This document shows positions 50,545 to 64,000 of a stretch of DNA of 64,000 nt, in pieces; positions within the stretch are counted from its first letter, which is position 1, and each line of letters starts with the position of its first letter. The DNA lies in assembly GCA_973895155.1 (NCBI GenBank), contig OZ316893.1, positions 14,414,645-14,478,644 on the forward strand, read 5' to 3'. This DNA is from Marsupella aquatica. Lineage: Eukaryota > Plantae > Marchantiophyta. Both the position numbers and the translations under genes were made by a program. The notes under the pieces were generated by a model. The model had not been told where the DNA came from and did no database searches. It saw only the letters and a list, made by a program, of their open reading frames with translations.

Positions 50545-50900
50545 AATGAGACATTTTTTGCAATGTCTGTGTGTTGCATAATGTATTGTCATTGTGATCA
50601 TGTTGTTGTTGTAGTGTTATTATTGCATGAGTTGTTGTGGACATTTTTTTCAATGTCTGTGTGTTGCACAATGTATTATTTGTCATTGTGGTCATGTTGT
50701 TGTGGTAGTGTTATTGTTGCACAATGTATTATTTGTCATTGTGGTCATGTTGTTGTGGTAGTGTTATTGTTGCATGAGCTGTTGTTTAGTTGTGTTATTG
50801 TTGTGGTTGCCGTGGTGGTGTTGTTGTGGCCATGTTGTGCTTTTAGCAGGGTCATCCGTGCTGTCACGTTATTGTTGCAAAACTGTTGTTTTCAAGGGAA
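50545..50900. repeat. Low-complexity GTT-rich degenerate tandem repeat
   Basis: Repeated aatgtatt..ttgtcattgtggtcatgttgttgtggtagtgttattgttgca; a shorter counterpart is at 39175-39296. Confidence 0.8.
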
Positions 50901-51156
50901 TATGTTGTGGAGTAAAGTCTATCAATGCATTTGAAAGTCTGTTGTGCATAGTGTTGTTAATATATCTGCGCAAAAGGTGGTCAGATTGAAAGATTTTGCA
51001 CAAAGAAGACAGTAAGTATTGTTTTCGCATCACTGTTGAAGGTGGCCTAAATCAAGGATTCTGGACAAGGAGAATAGTCCACAAATTAGTACACTCTACA
51101 ATATGAGACAAGTACTTTTTCAACATTTCTCAAATATCTGGATTACCTCTACATGA

Positions 51157-51398
51157 ATATCCCACTTAGCATTTGTCTGTGGGTTCTCTGCTAAGCACGA
51201 CTTGGAAAAACTTTCCAGTCAGAGTACTATCTCCCCATTCCATTTTATAATTGTAAGGAATCAGAATTGTAAAGGAATATCCCACTTGAGCATTTGTCTG
51301 TGGGTTCTCTGCCAAGGACGACTTTGCAAAACCTTCCCCCAGAAGTCTATCTACCATTTCATTTGAGAATCTTAACGAAATCAGAATTGTAAAGGAGC
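51157..51398. repeat. ~120-bp direct duplication
   Basis: aatatcccactt.agcatttgtctgtgggttctctgc.aag.acgactt...aatcagaattgtaaagga occurs twice; single copy in paralogous segment A (~39620-39705). Confidence 0.8.
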
Positions 51399-51738
51399 TT
51401 GAAAGTGAACTCTAGAACGTGAGTATGGATAGCCCAAGATTTGAAAACCTTCTCAAGAAATAGACTTAACAGTTGTTCTCTTAATCTCGTAACGTACAGG
51501 TTTGATTTCGGTTTTATCTAAACAGTTGGTGCCAATATGAATATGTCGCTCATATCTAGATATGCTCCTGCTTCAAAGCTATCTCAGCTCCTGCTTCATG
51601 TCTATCTCAGCTCCTGATTCATGGCCGATCACTTCTCCTCCAGTAGTGTTTTGCACTACTACGGTATCGAATTACAACCTCTGACTAGCTCGAGAGAGCA
51701 GTTTGATGATAAAGAGGTCGCTATGAGGATCTCGAACA

Positions 51739-54264
51739 TCAAGTGGATATGCCAAACGCTTTTTCCAGGAGCTCCCCTCTCTCTCGATTTATGCCAAGAG
51801 ACATAACTTTTCTAATATACTCCGTCGATGTAAATGGCCTGTATCGAAGCGGGTGCTCGGCATCCACGCACTCTTGTCTTGGACGGATAACGTAGTCCGT
51901 CTCGGCTCTCACAAAGGATGCGATTGACATGCGCCTGCTCTTTTCATTGGCCACCACCCGGTGCTCTGCGCTTAGAAATCTCCCATTTGTCCAAGCCTGC
52001 ATAAGGGAAGGACGGACGCTTCATCAAGCTCGTGCCCAGCAAACCGCAAGAGAGGGAGGTGCCAAAAATTGATTCCGAACACCTCATGCTAAAACTCTTC
52101 AAATTCAACGACAAGACATTCCCTTCCCGTTAATACTCATAACTACAGTAGATGCCTGAATCCAAAGCTTGTCGACTGACCCTTTCCTTACCGCAGGAAA
52201 TTAAGTGGAGCATCTAGAATACTTGGGCTCCATCAGATTATGCCACGACTAACTAAGTGACATGTATTTTGGGGCCCCTCTTATGGACCACAGGGTAATC
52301 AGGCAACGTAGCTTTCTTGCTAGAATAGATTTACACACATGTCGAGAAGCACATGTTTCATTCAAAAGTCCAGAAATAAGTAACGTGAACTAAAATTCCA
52401 ATGCAAGGATTCAGAATGCAGGAAGCACCTGCAGAAAGTCGCCACAGTTGATGATAAAAGCACCAGGCCGAGGGCGTAGTCCATGCCACGTCCCATCTTT
52501 GAAACGAATCTGCAGGCCCCCCACTGCATCCTGGTGCAGAAGGGTGAAAACATCGGGGTCCGTATGGCATTGAAGTCCCCAAGTCAGTTCGGGATGCTCG
52601 CAGATGGGGTAATTATTCACACGGAACCTGCCATTGACCTGCCGATCTCCCAGAAAATCGTTCACAGTTTCCTCCGGGATTCCAAGACTAGCGACTATCA
52701 AGTCCATGAGTAGAAAGACCACCCTCCTCGATTGCTTTCCGTACTCTTCAGCGCGAGATCTGATCCAAGCAGACAATGTGAACGATGGCTGTTAATAAAT
52801 GAGCATTGATTCAATGAATCTCTCAGTCTTGCGATCCATCTGTCCGAAGAACTACAGAGCTAACTCTAGAAAATGCAATTTTGAGTAGACCTTGAACGGG
52901 AAATCGTGGAGTTGACACTCGAAGGACGGCATTTTGGCAACCTGCAGTACCTCCTACGAGTTAAACGAGCTCACCTTAATGAATGACCCTTCGAATTGCT
53001 TTCAGGGCCACCCGGCCAGAGAGTGTTTGCGATCTCGTCCAGTCTGCCAGGATGATTTCTCTCCGGTGACTCTAGGTCAAATCCTTCGCTCCATGTGTAC
53101 GACGAGATCCTCCGGTTGTGCGGGGGATTACGCTTCATGGGCAGGTAACCAGGCAATGTGGCCTTGCCAGGAATTATCTGGTTTTGCACTTTCATCTTCT
53201 CCTGCAATCCAATGAAACCGGATCAATATACTATGATCTTAATTGTCCATATAGTTTTCTTGTAATCACGCGATGACGTGCAGGTCTGGGTTTGTCACAT
53301 TCTCGGAGCACATTGATGCGAGGTTGTAAGCTGTAACCGCGTGACTGTGTACAACGGCTTGCGTTGCCTACTAGATCTGGACAGCCATCGTAAGCTCAAC
53401 TGGACAATATAGAAACAATCCAAACTTCGAAGATATCGCATGGTATTTAGTGGACTAGCAAGCTTTGAAATAAAGAGGTGTCTTTGGACAGCATATAAAA
53501 GCTGTTGAGCTCTTCGCATCGCAAGCATAGAGCTATCCGATCCTCTGGCTATTGTATTAACCGTCTCAATGCTTCGAGATACAAACTCAGCTAAAAGGAC
53601 GTTACGGCATGTGCATCTGCAGCTTGATTATCATTAGGAAAATCTACCACAAAACCAGACGGGCCCTCACGTCCTCGTTTCGGAACTTCATTTTCTTTCA
53701 TGCCAAACTTCAACTACATTTCAGCGTCGACAGGAAAATTCTTCTTCGAAATTCTGGCTTCGGTACAATTACAGCTCACAAGAGTGTGGTTCTTACCTCA
53801 AGTGGAAGGTCAAATATTTGTCGACAAGATTCCTTGAGTTGGTCAACAACTTCCATGGGAAAGCCGGAATTAATAATTTGGAAGAATCCATGCTCCTCGC
53901 AAGCTGCTCGAATCGCCTTAACAACATCAGATTTCGCTACCTCACAGGCCTTGATCTCTGCCTCTAAACCGCTCCGAGTTCTCGCGTCTCCGTCCAACTG
54001 CTCGATATCTCTCCGCAAGCTCTGCAATTTGAGTACTGGTGCCAAATCGATAACATGAAGCTCAAAATCGTAGTGGTCATGCGGGATATCCGGTCTGTTT
54101 CCCTCAGGCCAAGTGAACGACTTGCCCAGTTGTTCCGCACTGTCTAGCTTCATGAAGTCATATTGTTTCATCACATCCTCCACAGTCACTTGGCTGGAAA
54201 TCTTCTCTGTCAGCTCAGGATAAGACGCGACGGGCGCCTGACCGGACCCTGTCGTAGCAGCCAT
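51739..54264 (-). CDS. 2-oxoglutarate/Fe(II)-dependent dioxygenase (DOXC class), copy B; exons 54264-53797, 53201-52975, 52759-52429, 51996-51739; 427 aa
   Basis: Same intron positions as copy A; NNYPIC, HTD, AEHRV and RMS intact; continuous frame after splicing. Confidence 0.95.
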
Positions 54265-55849
54265 AGGTACAGTTCCTACCAGTAGAATCACCGTCCAGAT
54301 TTCCGAATAAGTGGACAACCGTATTGATCGCACCTCAGGACTAGCCAACAATTGGAAAAGCACGAGCTACAAGTCTCCTACCCACGTTAACTCGCTATCG
54401 TAGTTTAAATCCTAAGACAATGTTAGACGTGGAAACACCGACGGAGGCAGTCTAAGACTTATTTGCTCTCCTACGAAATTGGTCTCTTTCCAACATGGTG
54501 ATGATCGACCTAACATCATGAAGATGCAAGCAATCAGATTTTGAACTATAATCCACCAAAGCCGATGCGATGCCAATCAGAATCTATTCTGCAGCCTCAG
54601 AGATGTCCAGGAATGGAAGAGAGCCAACAGGAACGGGAGCTGTTCATTGAGAGTCGATGAGACTCTATACAGGGAGTGGCAGCCCCTGGCTTGGCTAAGG
54701 GGCAGTCCCAATACTAGTTTGACTCGATTCCCTGATTGCCAAATAGAGGTGGTGGGCGCCTACCTCCTAGTAATGCATAGCTGACCTCATTGTCTACTAG
54801 CCTGGACGGGTGGAACATTTCTAACTCAGCCAAAAGTTGTACCGCGCTAGACAAACAATGAGGTAAACGCTCTACTCAGGACCTTCATCCGGCCATTCTG
54901 GCTCAATTGATGTTTTAAACGAAGAAATTCAGAATTACCATAGCGAGAGTTTCGGACTGCTTGTTGCACAATCCCTCCGGATGAGCAGCACAATGACTAA
55001 CCGGAGGTTCTTACTTCGAACTTACAACACCAATCTCCTGGATTTTTCTAACCTTGGATAAGTGAAAATACAGCTCCTCGGATCGAATTGAAGTGGCATT
55101 CCAGCCAGGCTATATCTACCACACGAGTAGATTGAATGTCCTCTAAAGCCACCACGAACTCTAACTTAGTTTGGGCACTAGGTGCACATCGACGAATGCC
55201 GGGCATTAGGTTTTTTTATTGCAGAGTCATCTGTCTGCCCGTGGAAGGTAAAGGAACGACTCAGCAAATTGTCACTCAGGTTTCATACTCTATAATTGCT
55301 TACGAAATTTTGGTCCGGAGAATTGACATGATGCCAGACACAATAAACATGCACGGTAGAAGCTGTTTGACACGAGGAACAACTTCACACCTAGCGCTGC
55401 CGTCAACAATAGCAGAGTTTTGACAAGAAAACCAAAACTCTCACTGCACGTCCCGCACCCCTGCTCCGGAAGAAGCGGAGGGTCGGGTCACGTACTCTCC
55501 CTCTGCACCTGCCTTACTTCACTCTTTGGACTAATGGTTGTCGTAGTTTTACGAGGCTACCCGGGGCGAGCAAGGCAAAATCTTACCCTAATTTTATAAT
55601 CTTTCACACAACTGTCACTATGAATTCGACTGCACAATCCCAGCCAAGTCGATCACAATAGGGGCTTGGTTCAGAATAAGGACGTAATAGCACATACGAT
55701 CTTTGAAGAGCGGACGTGCTACTAGCGGAACTACACAACAAGACACGACGGCGATGCCTCGAGGCAGGTGAACACGCTGAAATGCCAACCACAGCTCACT
55801 TATAACACCTCACCAGCAACTTACTACAGCGGCTAATGCCAGTCAGGGT

Positions 55850-57720
55850 CGACTTGTGCACACTTACTCGATACGTTATTCCAGAGCTCCGAATTAACCG
55901 GCTCCCCGACTGCTTTCAACTTCCACTCAGAAGAATCCACTTCAAAGTGGATCACAACGAACCTTCAGGCTTCAGCGGTCGATAGATCAATTTGATGGAT
56001 TGGCGTCCTTGTCGAGCTTTCAAAGCTCGTTCCGGGAAATCAGATTCAAGTCCGTCCTCTTCCCAAACGACTCAATCTCCCCTGACTTCAAACTCATTTG
56101 CTGAACTGGCATCCACAGAGGGGATTGCAGGACTAGCCAACGATCCTCCAGCAAGACCAAACGAATGAATTGATGTCGAGCAAGACCTCCCTCACGGCGA
56201 CGGTCAGTCCAACCCGGCCCCACCTGGACCACGAGATTCCTGTTTACCCCCAGGCAACTACTATGACTATAGTTTCAGCCAATCGACCTTCGAAGGTACC
56301 ACAAGCTCCCACCTGAACAGAAGCTTTGTACCCAATACAAGCTTTACATATCTTTTCTGATCGGGGATTAATTATTGACTCTTTTCTGGTCGGGCGTCAT
56401 CGTCTGCTCACGTCAGAATCTGGGAAGAGGCTATGATGATTTGGCTGACGTTTCCTTTTTCTACTTTTTGGGCAAGATCTCGACAACCGGCACTACAGCC
56501 AAATTAAGTAAATCTGCAACCATCCGCCATAGTCCATAGGGGTAGCGTGGTCAAGGTCGTGGAGGAAAAGTTGGGGCCAGTTGCATTTGTCCACAGATGC
56601 AGACATCTGTCCCCGTCATAATTATCACCAACTGGGTAGAAACGGCGTCATACGGAACCAATCAGAGACACCAGCAGGAATTCCAATGAAGCAGTCCAAC
56701 ACGAGTTTAGAAAATGACAACTCCAGTCAGTCCTTAGCCCGAATTACAGCATGCGACATCCCGAAAATCAGTCCTAAAAAGGAAATTGTCGCCGACGCTT
56801 TGTCCCTGCCAAAAGACCCGCCAAAAGATCAGTTACCGATCAGAAGAATTCTGTAACGCTTTTCGACTGTAGTAAGCATGTGGTGCACTACTCTTGTTCT
56901 CTCAGCTAGCGTTTACAGTAGCATGAGCATGTGTCATGTACAGTAGCTGAAAGAACATGAGTGGCTGAAAGAACATTGAGTGGAACATGCGTGAGAGAGA
57001 ATTTTGACAATCTGCTCGTTATCTCCTTACGTGCGCCTTTGGTGTCCAACGCAGGAGCTTCCCCAAAATGTTTCAGTCATGGAGAGATAGAGAGGGAGCA
57101 CCTCTCTTCTACTAGTTTGAGTGGTAGAAGTCTCGATTTCCCATGTACAGTACGATGAATCCTTGATAGGTCCAAGGAAGCAGTGAGACAATACACGTAC
57201 AAGTTGCTCTAGGAGACAATACACGTACTAGTTGAGCCTGCCCTGTTCGAAATCATGATCACCTTACTTCACTCTGATAACCACTGAATGGAGATTCAGT
57301 GAGGCCGTCAGGGACTGATACTATGTTGAAGGCGGACGAAGTCTTCCATTTTAGAAGGCATATTTGTTGCAGAGTTTCAGCTCGAATGACATTGTCTCCC
57401 TTGTCTGAACCTCGTTGCCTCATACCTCACAGAATGATCGGAAAGATAGCAAAGTCCTGTCTGGTCGACTTCATATTTTCATACTGAGGTCTATTGACTG
57501 CGAGGTCGTAACAGACGAAGCTGTTTGGGGTGTAGAAATGATCACATCAACAGAAGTCTGCGAGCAGAGTCTGGAATTAAGAATCCAAGAAGAGGCCCAC
57601 CGGATCATTGTGGTAATTGTAGGGGTGTCCAATCATAGACCATCAGAAAACTAGTCACTTACTTCGCATTCTTGGGAACAACCACTGCCAGTAAGAGAGT
57701 CTTGTATGGTGGACATTAAG
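55850..57720 (-). pseudogene. Possible decayed F-box/kelch-associated gene; 3' part duplicated at ~44250-45090
   Basis: Minus-strand fragments SFVCYDLAVNR (~57500), LKLCN..KWK..PP (~57350) and YRILLIG (~56845) fall in the order typical of plant F-box-associated domains. Heavily disrupted, and no F-box motif recognised. Confidence 0.3.
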
Positions 57721-58257
57721 ATTACTGATGAGTATGAAAAGCCACCACTAAACCGTTTTCTTCGCACCTACATCGAATTCGCACGAGCAAATCAAATGGC
57801 AAAATCTATTGACGGGAGGGAAGCCACATGTATAACAATTGGTACTCCCCACTAGCTATACAGAATATACCCACGCACACAGTGACATTCTAACTAATTC
57901 ATTTCAGGACTGCCTCCTGGAACCAATTCCCAGTCATCAATGCAAGGTGAACCTCTTCACATCTCGGATTTGCCAAAACGGAAAAGCAAACGTCTCACTC
58001 AAAGGTACCATTTTAAATAACACTCAGACAAGTCTTGTTAGGTACGCCACTTGAACCTTGGACATCGATCAGGAGAATGGAACTGAGATTCAAAAAATTT
58101 CGACAAGATATTGATATGAGCCAACCTCAGGAGCGAAAGCCACATGTTCGCCCCGAAGAACGTAGTGCCCTATCAGAAAAATTTATTGTTATTACATGGA
58201 GTTTCGATGCACTGAAGGAATTGACAACCTAGATCTAAAATTGTACAGCTGGTAGAT

Positions 58258-61128
<2,871 letters not shown>

Positions 61129-61228
61129 TTCTCCCCTTTCCCGTTCCTCGCCTCGATTTCAAGTCGCCCTTCCACCTCCGCCCTTTCTCCCTCGCTCTTC
61201 CTTCTTGCTCTCTCGTTTCTCTCGTCTT

Positions 61229-61381
61229 CTCTGTCTCGCGAAGAAGAGAGAATACCCTCGACGGAGCACTTTCAGCAGCGATGAACGGAAGAACTCCTCT
61301 CCTCTCCTCTGTCTCGCGAAGAAAGAGAAGAAAGAGAAGAAAGAATATTGTCGACGGAGCACTTTCAGCAGAGATGAACGA
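61229..61381. repeat. Duplicated ~70-80-bp block in the RPT3 5' leader/promoter
   Basis: ctctgtctcgcgaagaa...gaata...tcgacggagcactttcagcag.gatgaacg occurs twice. Confidence 0.88.
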
Positions 61382-61541
61382 ACGAAACGAATGAGCCAAA
61401 CGAACCCTAAACAATAGAGTGCAACGAGAACTTGCTGTACAGGTTTTGAGAAAAGGAGATTAATGTACTGTTTTGGTTGTCTCATCGAGAAATGGAGCAA
61501 ATAATACACTGACATCTGAATAAGCGCATCCAATAAACGTC

Positions 61542-61835
61542 CAATCCCTTGTTTAGTGCAACGGGAAAACTTCTTCCCTAAAATCCTCTGCACATGCCCC
61601 AAAAAAGTGCAATCCCCTGTTTAGTGCACTGGAAACACTTCTTCCCTAAACTTTCCTGTGTTAATTGCAATTTATTGTCCCTTGTTTAGTGCACTCTAAA
61701 AGCTTCTTCTCTAAAGTTTCCTGTGGAAATTGTAATTTATTGCACCCCATAACAGTGCAATCCCTTTGTTTAGTGCACTCACAAACATTTTTGAGCATAA
61801 ATTTAATTTAATCTTTGCACTTTAAACAAATGCAC
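61542..61835. repeat. Modular repeat array upstream of RPT3
   Basis: caatccc.(t)tgtttagtgca(c/a) at ~61542, 61610, 61678 and 61758. Confidence 0.85.
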
Positions 61836-62585
61836 TCCTGGCCACACTAGTTGTACAACGCCAGGTCTTGTTCAGCCGCTAGCCTCCCTTGAGGCATAAT
61901 CTTAGGGGTCAGTTTCTACTTTTGTCCAACTTGAACATTATTTGGTGTTTTGACTAAGTGGTTTCCCTTGGATTGCTTACAGAAAATACACATTAGACTT
62001 TTCATTGATGTGAAAGCTTGCTATTGTTAGTTGTGGTGAGATAGTTACCAAGAAATCCATTCTTTCAACCACAGCCTGTGGTTGCATGAGGAAAACCATC
62101 AGTACTTGGATCCCTATCAAGGCCCAGTCTACGGATTTTCTTGCTAAACTTTTAACTATTTTGCCACTAAAGATGATCTAATTGACAATCTGTCACAATT
62201 TTTTTGTATTTACAAATATGCATGTACAACAAGTTCACCACCGTAACGAGGATAACCACATACCAAAACCGCGGTACATACAAGTACAATAAAAAAGTGG
62301 TGACAATGTAAATTTGAACATCTTTAATTGCAATTTAGTTAAAAGTTGTTTATAGAAATAACCAGTGGTATATGTTTATTTCAAAACCAAAAAACAGTGC
62401 AAATTGGTAATTTCTTGCTTTTATGCGTTTCTGTAGGTCAATCGGTTTGGATAAGCAAGTTTTGTGAGATTGTTCTATGTACAGAGAGATGAATGTTAGT
62501 CCATGAAGTAAGGCCGGGTAAAAAGGGGGCCCTCTGATCTGTTATTTTTTATGAAATGTTTTATCAATAATCATGCATCAATTTA

Positions 62586-62930
62586 TGTTAGGTACTGCTC
62601 TTAGTCTTGTGACTCATGAGCTAACCATAATTAGGCTAACTCGGGTTAGGACTTAGCTAAAGTTAGCAGTAGTGTTGTTATGTATATAGCCAGGTCTGGT
62701 GCCAAATCCTATGGGGACTAAGGCTCATTGTTATGGAGCTAGTTGAGAGATAGGGAGAACTAGTGTTGTGGATGCTTGGTATGGACGGTCGGCCTAGAGT
62801 GCAGTAAAGCTCTTGTGTGTTCCCGTGGACGTAGCCTCATATGGAGGTGAACCACGTATCTCTCTGTGTCGACTCTTGTGCATTGGATGGTTCATGGGCT
62901 TGTCGTTGTGATTGTCGTCTATGCTCAACA
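62586..62930 (+). mobile_element. Solo LTR (345 bp) related to the Copia element, with 5-bp TSD
   Basis: TGTTAG...CTCAACA flanked by ATTTA at 62581-62585 and 62931-62935. The 3' ~210 bp match the reverse complement of the 403-bp LTR (ggctcattgttatggagc...gtctatgctcaaca). Confidence 0.93.
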
Positions 62931-64000
62931 ATTTAAGGTAGGAGAGCTACACAAGCTGTCATATGGTGAGATTGTCATATCATTTGTACTTAACCCACCA
63001 CTGGCCTTATAAAAGGGGTCCAAGACTTCTCCCTTTTCACATTACTCTCCTCAACCCTGAGACTTTGTACTAAAAATGGTGATGAATCCAGGTTTTGTCG
63101 TGGCTAGTGGCGCGTAAGCTTAAATGTCACACATTCTATCAACAATAAGTTGTGAATTACCTGCAGTGGTAGAGCACACCATTAGTGTTTGCCATGTTAG
63201 GAACTTACTCAAGTTCCCAGCTTCTAGTTAGTTTGGCCTTACTAGAGTTAGTTAAATCTGATTACATTAGGATAAGATCCACTTTGTTCAGGCCCACGTA
63301 CACAGCTCAGCCCCCTTGGGGGTATAGTTTGGAGGGAGGGCATTCTCTCCCTCATACTTCACATTTACTTTTTGATAAGCTATGGATCCTCTAGGAATTT
63401 CTCCATCGTGGTGGGGTCATTGTAGCGTGCAAGGAAACAGTAGAAATTTTACTCGCATGAGCAAAAAATTTCCTCACATGACCCCTAATTTTTCTATATG
63501 CAATTGCCTCGCTATCAATAACTTGGTTGATAACATCCATTTTGGGGACTCCTCTTTTTGCTAGCTATCTGGCTAGCCATCTAGAGTCATAAAAAACACA
63601 CAAAAATTAGAAAAGGCAACAAAAAGCAAAATAAATTTAAAACCACTGTAAGTGTCGCTCACAATACTCCCCTTGCTAACAAAATTCCTGTTTGCTCGCA
63701 TTATAGAATATCTCATTGTGGTGTCTTGTTGGTATAGTGTAAGATTGAGTGTTCTCATGTTTCGCATTGCTGTCTAGTCTAGAGCGGACTGTTTCTTACA
63801 TGTGAGGTACAATTTTTAAGCCTTGAATATCCATGTGCACATGATGCTATGCAAGTTGATTGACTTGGTGACTCCCTACAAACCAGCAAGAATGCCCCAC
63901 AGGTGGGCAATTGGGCACTCCAAAAGGATGGTTGTGTGCCCAAGGTTTTTCTTTGCACATGGAGTGATGGCCAGATAGCCTTATTGTCCATCTTGAGCCT

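Larger units (their letters stand above)
39170..56610. repeat. Tandem segmental duplication (~39170-45090 and ~50540-56610), each unit carrying a 2ODD gene
   Basis: Downstream flank, exons, all introns and ~2 kb of upstream DNA align by eye. Examples: 43112 tacaagtctcctacccacgttaac = 54368; 44177 ctcgaggca.gtgaacac..tgaaatgccaaccacagctcactt = 55758. Confidence 0.93.

Noticed and set aside
40470-54264. Naming the dioxygenases GA20ox/GA3ox
   Set aside because: General DOXC motifs are present but the LPWKET signature is not; the substrate cannot be assigned by eye.

Overview
This is eukaryotic land-plant nuclear DNA (GT-AG introns, tRNA-iMet-primed Copia element, telo-box); a bryophyte such as a liverwort is a guess, not shown by the sequence. 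Four genes look intact: RPL19 (+, 2 exons), two tandem 4-exon 2-oxoglutarate/Fe(II) dioxygenase (2ODD) paralogues (-) on a ~6 kb segmental duplication, and 26S proteasome ATPase RPT3 (-, 6 exons). The rest is largely transposon and pseudogene material. It includes a full-length but disabled Ty1/Copia element with 403-bp LTRs, a related solo LTR with a perfect TSD, an older LTR relic, a decayed two-gene PIF/Harbinger element, L1-type LINE 3' fragments, a MITE-like insert and a tRNA-derived segment. There is also an intron-containing RFC1 pseudogene that has lost its AAA+ core and is not evident from the ORF track. I found no CRISPR array, rRNA or clearly new biological system. The best leads are the helical insertion in the duplicated dioxygenases, the MYB/ACGT-element array and swapped U3 in the Copia LTR family, the in-frame stop at the gag/pol boundary, and a shared repeat family upstream of both housekeeping genes. 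All calls were made by eye, without database searches.
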